NCBI GenBank assembly: GCA_019828565.1
Contig: JAHDYR010000069.1
Coordinates: forward strand, 438,699 to 502,698
DNA length: 64,000 bases
From: Carpediemonas membranifera BICM
Taxonomy: Eukaryota > Protista > Fornicata
Direction of reading: 5' to 3'
Made by a program: the position numbers and the translations under genes. This document shows, piece by piece, positions 42,981 through 54,859 of this stretch (position 1 is the stretch's first letter; every line of letters starts with the position of its first letter). The notes under the pieces were generated by a model. It was not told the DNA's origin. It saw only the letters and a program-made list of their open reading frames with translations, and did no database searches.

Positions 42981-45900
42981 ATGCATTTACCTGAAACAAA
43001 ACTCAACAACGCCCCGTTCCTGCGAAAGGCCACCACCAAGTCGTGGTATACTTTCCGTCAAGACTACGAGCAGTATGCTGCCCGTGAAGCCGATCCGATC
43101 GTTGCCTTTGACCTAATCGAAACGCAGGTCCTAGAGGTTCTTAAGATCCGAATCCCTGAACTTGAGGGGTTCCTTGAGTACGCTAATGAAACGCCGGATG
43201 AAGAGCCGGCCGATACCTCTGAACTCAACGAGGCCTTTATCACCATGGTAGACGAGCTGATGCAGCCTCTGGATGAGGTGGACGCTTTAGATCGCTTTAA
43301 GGACTTGTCGTGCGGCTCTGAGGGTAACCTCATTGACAACATGGCCGCGTATGCCCTGGCGTATAAGCGTCAAGTTCGTAACTGTTGTAAGGTTCGGCCC
43401 ACGGAGAAGCTCATCGTCGATGCCTTTGTTGCTGGCATCAGGTACGGTCGCTTGAAGGAGCGAGTGAATGCTAAGAAGGCGAAGACGCTTGACGAGACGA
43501 TCGCCGAGGCATTCATCCAGGCCACGGAAGCAGAGAAGGCTCGCAGAGAGCACCAGCGTGTGGAGCGAGAGAGTGCGACCTCCGCAACGATGACTAAGGC
43601 TAAGGAGAAGTCGGAAACTGCTTGTGAGTACTGCCAGCGCAAGGGTCACACTGCTGATACGTGTTGGAAGCGTAAGCGTGACGAGCGTGAGGGAGTAAAG
43701 GGGCAGAAGTACGTTCATCTTAATGCTTTGGTCGCGGAGGACCGCGACAACAGACCCATTGGCGAGGTGGGCATCCTGGGGAGAGTGTTGGCGTTCCTTT
43801 ATGACACAGGGGCCTCTGCCGACTTTATATCCCAATCCCTCGTCAAAGAGCTCGGCCTAGTCGTCGAGCCCGACCATGCTAAGGTTAAGCTGGCCACTGG
43901 TACGATTTACAACTCACCCGGCATTGTTAAGTTGAGTGCAGATTTTGGAGTGTTGCCATCTACTGGGCGGAGAACTCAAGCTGCTCTCAATTTGCGGGTG
44001 CTACCCGGGCTGAAGCCGACATTAGTTATGGGAATATCGACATTAAGTGCGTTGGGGCTAATCACGATCGTCAAGCCGACGATGGAGAATTCTGGAGAGC
44101 CACACTTCGCGGAGCTTGATGAAGATGAAGTAGACGAGACGTTATTTACCCTTGCTGAAGCGGAGCACGAACTACAGATACGTAGCTTCCCTGAAGAGAC
44201 TAATACCATCCTAAGCAAGTACAAAGACGTTCTCGGCGACATTTCGCAGCCAGCAGACGTTCCACCCTTCGAACTGGTTCTTACAAACCAGAAGGTTATC
44301 AACATCCCTCCATACCACGTCTCGGCTGAAGAAAGAGAGGATATGCAGCGCCAGACGGCGCAGCTGGAGGATCTGAATGTGATTGAGGAGTCTACGAGCA
44401 ACTATAACAATCCTACGGTGCTTGTATGGAAGCGCGATCGCACCCGCAGGCTCTGCTTGGACTTTCGGCGCCTTAACGACGCGACGGAGGACTTCGATCA
44501 CGACCTCCCTATCATTGACGATCTGGTAGCAAGACTAGAGGGTAAGACCCTCTTCGCTAAGCTGGACCTAAGCAAGGCCTTTCACCAGATTCCTATGACC
44601 AAGAGCTCACGCAGACTAACGGCGTTTACAGTTGGGAAGCGTAAGTACCAGTACAAGCGTTTAGCTTTCGGACTCAAAGGGGCCGCAGCCTTCTGTCAGA
44701 AGACCCTCGAATCCGTACTGGGCGATGCACTGTGGACACGGTGTCTCGCATATGTAGACGACATAGTAATATTCGGAGAGAACCAGAGAGAGTACCTCGA
44801 CAATCTGGACTATGTCTTGAGAAAGCTCAACTCGGCCAAGTTGAAGCTGAATCTGTCCAAGTCTGAGTTCGGACTGACAGAAATAGAATACTTGGGCTGG
44901 CTTGTGAATGGCGACGGCAAGCGAATCGCGCCTGACCGCCTAGAAGGCATCGACCGCCTAACCAGCCCGAGAGATGTTGCCGGAGTCAGAACCTTACTCG
45001 GGTTCACGAACTATTTTAGCCATATGATTCCGAACTACGGCAATATGATGGAGCCAGTCCTGGCTCTGACGAGAAACCAAGGAAGAGTTCCGTTGGGAGA
45101 AGGCCCAACAAGATGCCCTAGTCGACATCAAAGCGACCCTATCTCAGAACAACATGTTAAGTCACCCCAAGCGTGGCTGCCAATTAATCCTACAAACCGA
45201 CGCGAGTGACTACGCTGTCGGGGCAGTTTTGTTACAGATCGAAGACGGGGAGGAGCGTCCGATTGCTTTCTATTCCAAGACACTATCGGATGTTCAAAGA
45301 AGGTGGAGCACCTATGAAAAGGAAGGCTTCGGCATTTATTACGCTATGATCAAGGCCGAGCGGTTCCTAGTAGGCAGGCCGTTTACTGTGAGAACGGACC
45401 ACCGGAATTTGCTGTATATCGCGACAAGCACGAACGCTAAGGTAACTAGATGGCGCATGGCACTGGAAAGGTTCGACTATTCCGTCGTACACGTGCCTGG
45501 TCAAGCGAACGGTGCTGCCGACGCGCTATCTCGCCTATGCGGTGCAACAGTCGAGGCAGATGATCACGCCACGTGGATCTCCGAGGTTCACGGAGGCATA
45601 CACGGCCATCTCGGAGCGAGAGCGACGGTGAACAAGCTTATATCGCTCGGTAGGAGGTGGAGGGGCATGTATAAGGACGCAGAGGAGTTTGTCCAGTCGT
45701 GTCCTGTGTGCCAGGTCACGCGCAAGACGGCCAAGCCCGTCCAACACTTACGCCACCGTACGGCAGGTCGCCTGCCGTTTGATGTCGTGCAGGTAGACAC
45801 GATCGGACCCATCGCGGAGAGCGAGGGTCTGCGGTACGTGTGCGTGTTAATTGACACGTACTCGAAGCTAACTATGCTGGTCCCCACGCGTTCGACGGAC

Positions 45901-46818
45901 GCAGATGCCGCGGCAGGGGCAATTTTGGCCTGGGTGGGTCACTACGGAATTCCCCGGGTGATTCACAGCGACGGGGGCAGCCAGTATAGAAATAAGCTGA
46001 TTGACGCTCTAATGGAAAGGCTCGGGTCGCAACATCACGTCGGCACGCCTTACCGCCCGGGTTCTCAAGGAATAGTTGAGAGGGTCAACGCCGAGGTTAA
46101 GAGGCATCTAGAGACGCTAATGCTCGATCTGCAGGAGTTTAGATGGACGCGGCTACTACCTTTGGCTCAGTACATCATTAATTCAACATCTGTGGCCAGG
46201 ACAGGCCTATCGCCACTGAATTTGCTTTATAACCAAGACGTGGTCGTAAGACCAGAAGAGATCATGAGCAATGAGAGCAAGATGCCATTTGAGGCCTTCA
46301 AGCGCAGCCTGGAACTACAGAGAGTCATCCAAGACCAGGCGCTGCAACAACAAACACCATCAGAAGCATCACACGTGGCCCTATCGAACAAGCCAGTGCT
46401 GGTAACGACCACTGTCGGCCGCCGCACGAAGCTGGCTGGGCCAATGTGGTGCCAGGGACCCGCAGAGTCGCCGAACGTTTACTACGTGGAGAACCTGACG
46501 ACAGGCGTAGTGGCTAAGGTCCATGCCGAGCGTCTAAGACATTTTGAGTCTGACGCGACAAGGGCTGAGTTGACACGGCTCGCGGCCCAGAGAGTTGACG
46601 AATATGTCGTAGAAGCGATCGACTCTCACAAATTTGAGGACGGCGTCCTTCACCTACATGTGCTGTGGGAGGGGTACCTCGAGGAAGAGGCGACATGGGA
46701 ACGCTTCAACGCCGACCTTGATGAACTTAGGGCGTTTGAGGAGTACCTCGCAGACAAACCGAGTTTGCGCAGAAAACTCCGAGGTCAAAGGAAATTAGCT
46801 TCCTATAGGCAGCGCTAA
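42981..46818 (+). CDS. Gag-Pol polyprotein of element C (single frameshift at about 45075)
   Basis: CEYCQRKGHTADTC, LYDTGAS, YVDDI, TDAS/TDHRNL, HHCC, SDGGSQY..VERVN and YVVEAI..VLWEGY chromodomain. Confidence 0.95.
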
Positions 46819-47127
46819 TAACCAACGGCTCATCAAAAAGCCATTTTGGGGTTTTGCCCAGTTGGTGACCGCAGCCTAGGGGGGGAAGAGCAGAACGTTG
46901 GAATCTAGTTACTGATATTGGTTATTTCTTATGTTCTACACCATTCTGTGCGCTATTTGTTCGTTTAGAACAGCGTTCTTCAGACTATTGTGCTCAATTG
47001 CGTTTTTGACTTCACTGGAGTCGGTCTGGCGGGTTTTGCATTTCGCCGGACTTGAACCGTTAGAATTTTTGCTGACGGTTGGGAGGCACGTTTGAGCTTG
47101 TGGACGGTTTGGGATCATGGGGGGTAG

Positions 47128-47221
47128 TGTCATGACGACCTCATTTAATGATCAGTCTTATTTGGTCAATGATCTCAAACCTGCTTCTAAATTTCACTCT
47201 CTCAATTGTTTGGGTACCACA
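47128..47221 (+). repeat. 3' LTR of element C
   Basis: Identical to 42876-42969. Confidence 0.95.
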
Positions 47222-48859
47222 GCACGTTCTGACCAGCGTGTTGAACCTTGACAAGGCCAAGCAGCGTCCAGAAGTCCTTCATAAGATAGTGACTCACATG
47301 CATGACAGGTGGAATGAACGTGACATCAGCGTACTTTGTGAGCACGTGAAGTGGGCCATCTATCTCGTTGGCATAGGTCAGACAGCAGACATCTCGGTGA
47401 CCATCGCGGGACCCAAACCGTGTCATGTCTTTCACGCCACCAGCGTCACGAAGACGGATGCTATCTGCGATTGTCCAGCGATCGCAACGATTGGCAAACG
47501 GGTCGCTTGCGACCTTTCCCATGTGTAGGGAGGAGAATGGAGAGCGGTAGTATCGTCCCCGCTTGACGCCACTAACAATCTGCAACGCTTTGTGATCGCC
47601 GCAGATCCCGAGCAGGCTGATGACAACACGGCTGCGTGGGAGCAACGAACTGTCACCACATGCGAAGGGGATACCAATGAGCTTGTTCATTAGCCGCTGT
47701 ACATCATCAAAGAACGAAGGAATGAGCTTCTCTGTGCCCTGAAATGTAAGAAGCGTCATGGGTGGGGTAATCTTCTGTGGTAGGGCTGCTCCCTCGCGAT
47801 CAATTATGCGATATTTGACCGCCGTACAGTCGGCCCGATATCCATCAAACCATAGGAGCATCTCAAGACCATAAGCCTCCTGTCGGCTCTCCGGGTTAAT
47901 AGTGACGGATTGAACGAACTTGCTTGACTTGATATCGCGCTGAACTCGGTCGGGGAACTTCAGCATGAACTTAATCTGGGCGAAAGGGTCATAGGACAGA
48001 GCGCTGATCACCATCCGGTGAGATTTCTTTGTTCCACGCGGAATGATGCCCATGTTCCGGCATAATCTCTGAATCTCCGGCAGCTTGGATGGATCATCAT
48101 GCGAAATGTATAGCCGTGACTCCCCCGATATCTTCTCGAAGTGGTGAGCGAAGAGGCAGTCGTGTTCATCGAGAGTCTCTTGCAGGTCGGTGTGGGTGGT
48201 TGGGTCATATAGGACGTAAAAAGCCTCCGCGACTTCCACGCTACGCGTGAAACCGGCTCCTGCTTGACATTGAAGCTCTTGGTTAGACTCCCCATCACGC
48301 CCAGAGACATCGGGCTGCTCAGGAGTGAACGCGTTGACGTCCTCGATCAGTGTTGGGTCTGATATAACAGATCGTATGGCTGGGATGGACAGCAGGTCAT
48401 ACCCAAGATTCTGGAGACTGTCTACCACCGGTGGAGTGTGAATTCAAGGCGAACTCCCATGTCGGAGGCCATTGAAACAAATGCATGGCGGAGTCGGTCG
48501 TAGCGATTCTTCCCTAACTCGACGGCACAGATAATTGCCATGGCCGTGTATAGGCTCTTCGTCTTCGCCTCGTTGTCGACTCGCGTAACAGTCACATGAG
48601 CAGTGCTGTGATTCCTCATCAATGCGCTCCAATCAGCATTAACGACTGCACTACGTAACGTAGCATCACTATGTGTCACCCTCAGTGGACATGACGTCAG
48701 GAAATCTCGGAGAATGCGCAAGCACTGCTCCTTGCTGTCTAAACGAAACGATTTGTCGCGGTTTCGGAGCAGAAACTCGTCTAAGACAGCGGTGATGATA
48801 GATCCAAGAGAACTGTCCGCCCCATAGGTGATGACGACTTCCCAGTTCTCGAAACGCAT
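47222..48859 (-). pseudogene. 5' part of a putative RAG/Transib/CMC-like DDE transposase (frameshift at about 48425)
   Basis: LLWFDGY (first Asp), ICGDHKALQIVSG (second Asp, D-x-K motif) and IPPVMH. Confidence 0.5.
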
Positions 48860-49701
48860 TGCTTCAATAGCAATAGGACAAATTTACAAAGTAAATACAC
48901 AAATGTGCTGATGTAGGGCATGGTGGCGGATCTGGCGCTGGTGGCGGACGTGGAGACACTGGGGGTGCTCCACAACCACGTCCACTGCAAGGGTGACTCA
49001 TGTAGAGTCGCCCGAAAAGCAGAAAGCATGCGGACAACACAATAGAGGATGATTCAGAGATCGAGACAAGTGGTAAGAGGGTGAGGACTGAGTAAATGGA
49101 TTGCAAATGAGTCTTTTTAATGTCTCACCACCTGTTTGGGCCTCAGCGCTGTCGTTCAGGCCAATCCACGTTTGTGGATCCGTGCAGTTTATGGCTTATC
49201 GACCGGACATCTCCTGAACTGAGCGCCAGGGGGCGGAGGTGGCGTTGGCGTGGGGCGTGGGGCGTGGAGGCGCTGGGGGCGGGGGTGGCGTTGATATTGG
49301 GCAATTACATAAAGTGCACGGTGCTTGGAATTTCATTCCAACCTCAAAATGGCGGGAAAGCATTATTGGAAGGAACTAGTGGCAGCTATGCGGTTCTTTA
49401 TACTGCAAAAGCAACCAGCTGTCGTCAAAAAGCGCGCCATCTACCATCAATAACCAACATCTGCGTTGCACTCCACTGTTCTCGGTCGTTAATGCACAAA
49501 ATCACTAAACAACATCAAAAGGACTGTTCATACGTTATTAAACATTGCTTGCTACTTCTGTTTCATCTTATTGTCGTTTACAGCTGTGTTGTCCTCAACA
49601 AATGCCAAGACGGAGGCAACGCTGTCCGGGCCATCTGTGTCCATGACACTCACGCCTGTTCTCATTTCACAGATGAAAGACAGCCGAACACATCAAACCA
49701 T

Positions 49702-50420
49702 TTACTTCCTCCCCTTCCTTGTCTTCGGCACACTCTCTTCACCAGTGCCATCTGACAGAAGCTCCGCCACGAGATACACCGTGGCATGATTACCCGTAAT
49801 GACAATGACCTTCTCGTGGCCCGTCTCCCTGATGGCATCACTGAGTTGAGTCAGACTTCTGAAATCCTGAGGGTAGACCCTTCCGTTGTCGTAAACAGTC
49901 GCTGAGTTGACTATGCGACCATCTTCCTCTTCTCTGCGCTGCAGGACCATGACCTTCTCCTTCTCGAGATGCGTCCAAGCCGAGATAGCAGTGCCTGTCA
50001 GCCAGCCCTGGCCGTTGAACAGCTCGGAAGGGTCCCACCATGTGCCCCTGACCTGGCCCTCGGCCTTTTTGGCCATGGATTCCTCGGCGTGTTCTCTCAG
50101 ATGATTTTTTTGAAATGTTTGATTCGATTCTTACCCAGTACTTGGCCGTGCTTAATGTCGTTGAGCGAATGAGCGATGCAGGCTCCGTCACGGTGAATCT
50201 CCTTGGCAGGGCAGGTCAGGATCCTGTCGATCGCGGTTTGTACGTCGAAGACCAGCTCAGGCTCATGCTCGTTGTCACTGATCGTCACGACTGACATATT
50301 GTCGTCATCTTCCGGCCCACGCACCACCGTGTCAGGCTCCTCCTCGTCTGCCTACTTACCCTTCTTCTCCTCTGTCTCCACCTCCTTGTCCTCCTTCTTC
50401 TCCGTCTCAGCCTTCTCCTA
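49702..50420 (-). pseudogene. OTU-like cysteine protease (stop plus frameshift)
   Basis: IHRDGACIAH, GWLTGTAISAW and VIVITGNHATV spread over ORFs 50097-50327 and 49702-50076. Confidence 0.6.
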
Positions 50421-50462
50421 AACGTACACAGTCGAACGCACTACAAAGGCATATCCAAATCT

Positions 50463-52181
50463 TCATTCAATCTCAACGACCTCGCACTTCTTCTGGTACA
50501 GCGTGGCGTGAGCCGGATCGCCTTCGATGACAATAGCGAAATTATCTGTCAACCCCCACAAGTCTGCATCGGGTGCAAGCATGGTGGTGCCATCAAACAG
50601 GTATAAGATGGCGGAGATGCCTTGCATGCCGTTGTATCCGTCGTATGACTGGACAACAAGGATGTTCCGCTTCTGCTTCCTTGCCCAGACTCGGATGGCG
50701 TTCGAGTTATAGTAGCCGGAGTCCGGATCTGTCAGGCTACGCTCCGTGACATTCTTCTTAGACCAGTACTTGGCCTTCACTGACTGGCAGAGGCCACGCT
50801 GCCACTTTTCGAAGTCGCCATCAACTCGGCCACCCAACTCAATGGCTTGGAGACAATATGCAACGCAGTTGCCGTCACTCTTGACATGAATCGCGGTACA
50901 GTTAGTCGTGAGAGCCTCCACGTTGATGCACGTCTGCACCGCGGCCTCAGAGGTGATGCGAGTCTGAGTCTCCGGCTCAGTCTGGATGCAGGCGTCGCAT
51001 GTGTTCACCGTCTCCTCTTCTGCCTCACCCCTCTTCTCCTTCGCCTCCTCCTGCTCCTCCTCTGTCTCCTCCTCTGAGTCCTCAGGCCTGGCCTTCTCGG
51101 GCGTGATGAAGAGGGCCTTGCGCTTCACAGACATGGAGGCCTCGGGCTCGTTCGTAGCGCGTCGGGGGCAGGAAGTCCTGGAGAGCGTGCCAGACTGTGG
51201 CGGCATGGGGCTGGCGGCGAACGAAACATCGCAGGAAGCAAGGTACCCAACGTCATGCTCATGATGGATACGCCTGCACTCAAGAAAATGGTCTCTTCTC
51301 TCGTCAGTCACCTGCTTCTTCAGCCGCTCGACCTGCTCCTTGAGAGATTGGATCTCCGTCTTCTGAGCAGAGATCAGACTGGCTGTCACGCGACGTACGA
51401 CTCGAGCTTCAGCAGGGAGTCTCGTGGTCAACGTCTTCTCGCCAGTAAGCGCCTGAGTATCGATCTGGTCGGCCCAGAGATAGCGCTGAAGCACGTGGTC
51501 GGCGTGATCCTCGCCGGGACAGGGGGCGTTATCCCTGCGGGCCCGCACACGACGAGTACCGCAGATCTCATCGTACACTCGCTCCCATACCACGTCATAC
51601 TTGGACTCGCGCGTGTATTCCATCTCCTTTTCCAACTCCTTTCGGTCTTCCTCATCGGCCAGCTTCATCATCTGAACCCGAGTACAATCCCTGATGTCCT
51701 CGTCCTCCTCCTTCGCGAGTTCACACTCAAGCCTAGCGTTTGTCTTCATTCTAGCCTCACGAATGCTCTTCTTCACCCGAATACGCGCGCTCTCCACCTC
51801 GCCGTCGTACAGGTGCGTGAAGGTATCCCCGCCGAGGACCTGCTTCAGTGTTTTCTTGTGTTCCCCTGTGACCCTTTCACCCTCATTCAATTTCATCGTC
51901 GCCATAAACTGCGCCTTAAGGTCCTTCTTCATATCTTCCGTCTCCTGGCGCGTGAGGCGGAAGAACGTGGCAATACGCTTGAGATTAACACCTGTGTAAA
52001 CAATTTCGCTCAGTAACGTACGTTCCTTGATCACAGTAGCGAGTAAATCGCGCCTAGGCAGCAAAAGCGCGCGAAGGACGTCGCATTTGCCTTTAGCGCT
52101 TGCAGCTGCATTGATCTTGGTCATTAGCTCCTTCTTCTCGAACTCAGTGGCTTCTTCCAGCCAAGTGAACAAGTCTAGCAT
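50463..52181 (-). CDS. Helical/coiled-coil protein with C-terminal OTU-like protease domain
   Basis: Intact 572-aa ORF; IHVKSDGNCVAYCL..AIRVWARKQKRNILVV..IVIEGDPAHATL gives the D-G-x-C and His dyad. Confidence 0.68.
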   Translation of the reverse strand: MLDLFTWLEEATEFEKKELMTKINAAASAKGKCDVLRALLLPRRDLLATVIKERTLLSEIVYTGVNLKRIATFFRLTRQETEDMKKDLKAQFMATMKLNEGERVTGEHKKTLKQVLGGDTFTHLYDGEVESARIRVKKSIREARMKTNARLECELAKEEDEDIRDCTRVQMMKLADEEDRKELEKEMEYTRESKYDVVWERVYDEICGTRRVRARRDNAPCPGEDHADHVLQRYLWADQIDTQALTGEKTLTTRLPAEARVVRRVTASLISAQKTEIQSLKEQVERLKKQVTDERRDHFLECRRIHHEHDVGYLASCDVSFAASPMPPQSGTLSRTSCPRRATNEPEASMSVKRKALFITPEKARPEDSEEETEEEQEEAKEKRGEAEEETVNTCDACIQTEPETQTRITSEAAVQTCINVEALTTNCTAIHVKSDGNCVAYCLQAIELGGRVDGDFEKWQRGLCQSVKAKYWSKKNVTERSLTDPDSGYYNSNAIRVWARKQKRNILVVQSYDGYNGMQGISAILYLFDGTTMLAPDADLWGLTDNFAIVIEGDPAHATLYQKKCEVVEIE

Positions 52182-52656
52182 CGTATATCGCCAAGAGACG
52201 TTAAATGGTTACTAAAAGTTTATGTATATCGCCTGCGGCTTGTAAGCACTCACACCGTGACTACCACCAGCCGTCATCACACCCCTAGCCCTACCCACAC
52301 GTCCATTCTCGCCGATGCTGATTAAATCGTCCGGCCAGCGAGCCGGGGCCTTTCGCAAATTTAATATGGCCAAGAGACGTTATCTGCGGCTGAAACGAGC
52401 CCCATATAACCCCCTATGAAGTTATACGGAGAAATCATCGCCGATTTTCACGTTTCGGCGAGCTCCGGCCAAGGGGTCCAGGAGTCAGCTTTTGGGGGAA
52501 GGTCTGTGGTGCTCTAACGTACCTCGGGACGCACTGTGGAGGCCCCTAGAGTACTCGGTCATGGCATGTCAGACCAAGGGTCCCTCAAATCTGGCCCTAT
52601 TCAGGATGCACCCCCTACATACTGTCCAGGGTTCAGGAATTTCCCTTATTGGGTAG

Positions 52657-52692
52657 GGGAATTTCCTCGGGCTTTCCCCCGAGGAAATTCCC
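52657..52692. repeat. Perfect 15-bp-arm hairpin between divergent genes
   Basis: gggaatttcctcggg-ctttcc-cccgaggaaattccc, followed 20 nt later by an A-run. Confidence 0.9.
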
Positions 52693-53057
52693 TAGCATTT
52701 CGACTCGGTAAGAAAAAAAAAAAATCAACAACGAGCTGTATTCATAATCTATAAATGAGGTTGAATACATGCCTACACATGAGGACTACTCATGCGTAGT
52801 TTTGAGCTTTAAATCCTGCTAGAAAAAAGTAACATAGGGACAATTATTCCTTGGGAGTTCAGACTCAAAAATCGGGCTGGGGGGAGGAAATGGTCCATAA
52901 GTACGCCTTATGGGTCGCTTCCTCCTCTCTGCCCTTTTTTTATTGACTTCTGATTTGCCAGATTTGACACATGTTCGAGGTGAGTCTTAGATTACTCAAA
53001 ATGGCCTCCCTGATTCAGCAGATAGACTCAAAATTTCACAATTCGTACTCAAAACCA

Positions 53058-53134
53058 ATTTCAACAGACGTCTGTTGCAAAATCTGCCAAAAACGCACTT
53101 TAAAGTCATTTTTGCAACAGACGTCTGTGGAAAT
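53058..53134. repeat. 25-bp inverted repeat whose arms are themselves palindromic, abutting the kinase ATG
   Basis: atttcaacagacgtctgttgcaaaa ... ttttgcaacagacgtctgtggaaat (1 mismatch). Confidence 0.88.
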
Positions 53135-54385
53135 GGTCTTTAAGCTCTCCGCTGCCGATTTGACGCAACTACACAAGACTAACTACAGTAATACGTACAT
53201 TGCCGACATTAGCGGGGTCAAAACTGTCGTCAAGGTCGATAACTGTATGACACTTCGCCTGACACACGAAAAGACGATACTTCAGGCAATGAAAAGCCCA
53301 TTTATTGTTACAATCGTCGATGTGGGCTTTGTTGACAGCGATCAAGCGTTTGCCACTCGCTTTGTTGACCATATGTCGTGGCGAGACGTTCTGGCACTAC
53401 CAGTACCGGATCAATGTCGCTACTTGCGGCACTTACTGTTAGCTCTCAGCCATGTGCATGAGAATGGATTCATCCACGGCGACATCAAGCCCGACAACTA
53501 CCTTTTCAACCGAGAAGACGGTGGATTACTCATTGACTTCGGCTCTGCCATCAAAATAGAGGCTCCTACTGGGATTAACAGGTATATGGGACAAGACATG
53601 AGAGGGACACCTGGTTTTATCCCCCCGAGCTTCGTGCCGACGAACTCAGTCGGAAATCGAAGCATTGTACAGTAGCTATGCGGGAACCACAGAATTTGAA
53701 CCCCTTCCAGGCTTCCAGGAACACCACAACCAGAAACACCAACATGCACACAGTTGATGCGGCATACGACATCTTTTCCTGCGGCGTTATCGTCCTCATG
53801 ATGGCATTGCGACTGGATAAGTCTCCATTTCGATCTGTGAGAGTGGATGGTGGCAAGCCAAGTAACCCAGACGAGCATATTGGCGCTCTATATAACATGG
53901 CGTACTTCTACGGCCGCGAAATCACGATACACAGCAAGAAGAAGAATGCAGCCCGTGGTTTGATGATCAATCCGACTCTCTGCACGAGAGGAAGCCCTCC
54001 GACACAGTATAGGAGCCTTTATGACCTTGCAATGGGGATGCTCAGCTATAATCCGGAGGATAGACCAACAGCTTTGATGTGCGCTGAACATCTCAACGAT
54101 ATCGCCGCCCTAGCAGCAACGTTCGCATCAACACCACTGATGATCAACGACCAGGTGACAATCTCTCAGGAAACGCTCGCTGCCGCCAAACTCACCGTTG
54201 AAGCACTTCGAGAAACCCGATTTGCTGGCCGATGCATTGCATGTGGCATGCCGGTTCACGATAATCGAACAATAACTTGCAAGACACACCACCAAGATTA
54301 CAGAAGCATCATGAACCCCCACACAAAGAGAAGAGGACGAGTTTGGAGGGTTCATCGTGATCTATCATTGATTATTGATATGTAA
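53133..54385 (+). CDS. Ser/Thr protein kinase, Cdc7-like, with C-terminal Cys/His motif (frameshift in C-run at about 53625)
   Basis: VVK, HGDIKPDNYLFN, DFG, RGTPGFIPPE (restored by +1 C), DIFSCGV, MLSYNPEDRPTA and CIAC..C..H. Confidence 0.8.
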
Positions 54386-54859
54386 CCGCCCAGTATCGAA
54401 TCACCTCACTACCATGGGATGATCGCATTCACCTTCAAAAGAAAGAGATGAGGCCGCATACTCGACCAGATATAAAGGAGATATGCTGCAGCCTTGAAAA
54501 GAAAGAAAGAAAGAAAAGAAATTTATGGTGCTTGGATTCTGACCCCGGACTGAGCTTGTTTCCCGTGCTGCAGCCTTGCGCTGGCTTTATAGACAATACC
54601 CAGTTGTTTACACTAAAACCGAAAAATCAGTCCAGTAGACGCTCGAATCGAACTGGAGTGGGGTGGCTGTGATACAGTGTTCGTTCCTGTAGTACCCAGG
54701 CAGAAGACCCGACCGGACGATATGGCCTGGAACTCTACCGGCAAAAAGCAGCTGGCGGCCGCTGAGGAATATGTGGAAGGCGCTTCCAGAATGATCTTTA
54801 CACTACTTTCTTTGCTTCTATCTTGTACTTACTGTTAATCACTCTCATCATCTTTTTGT

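Larger units (their letters stand above)
42876..47221 (+). mobile_element. Full-length Ty3/Gypsy chromodomain LTR retrotransposon C (4346 bp)
   Basis: Identical 94-bp TG..CA LTRs, 5-bp TSD GCACG (42871-75 / 47222-26), PPT ggggggtag before the 3' LTR. Confidence 0.96.

Noticed and set aside
34580-45100. Programmed ribosomal frameshifts in the Gypsy elements
   Set aside because: Gag and pol are already in frame; the shifts fall inside the RT-connection, RNase H and integrase regions at non-equivalent positions.
49228-49290. G-rich GGCGTGG repeats as a telomere or G-quadruplex element
   Set aside because: Short and irregular; more simply a degenerate Pro-rich coding remnant on the minus strand.
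54722-54838. Second H3-tail remnant (MAWNSTGKKQLAAA)
   Set aside because: Only STG and KQLA match in a very short ORF; too weak to support.
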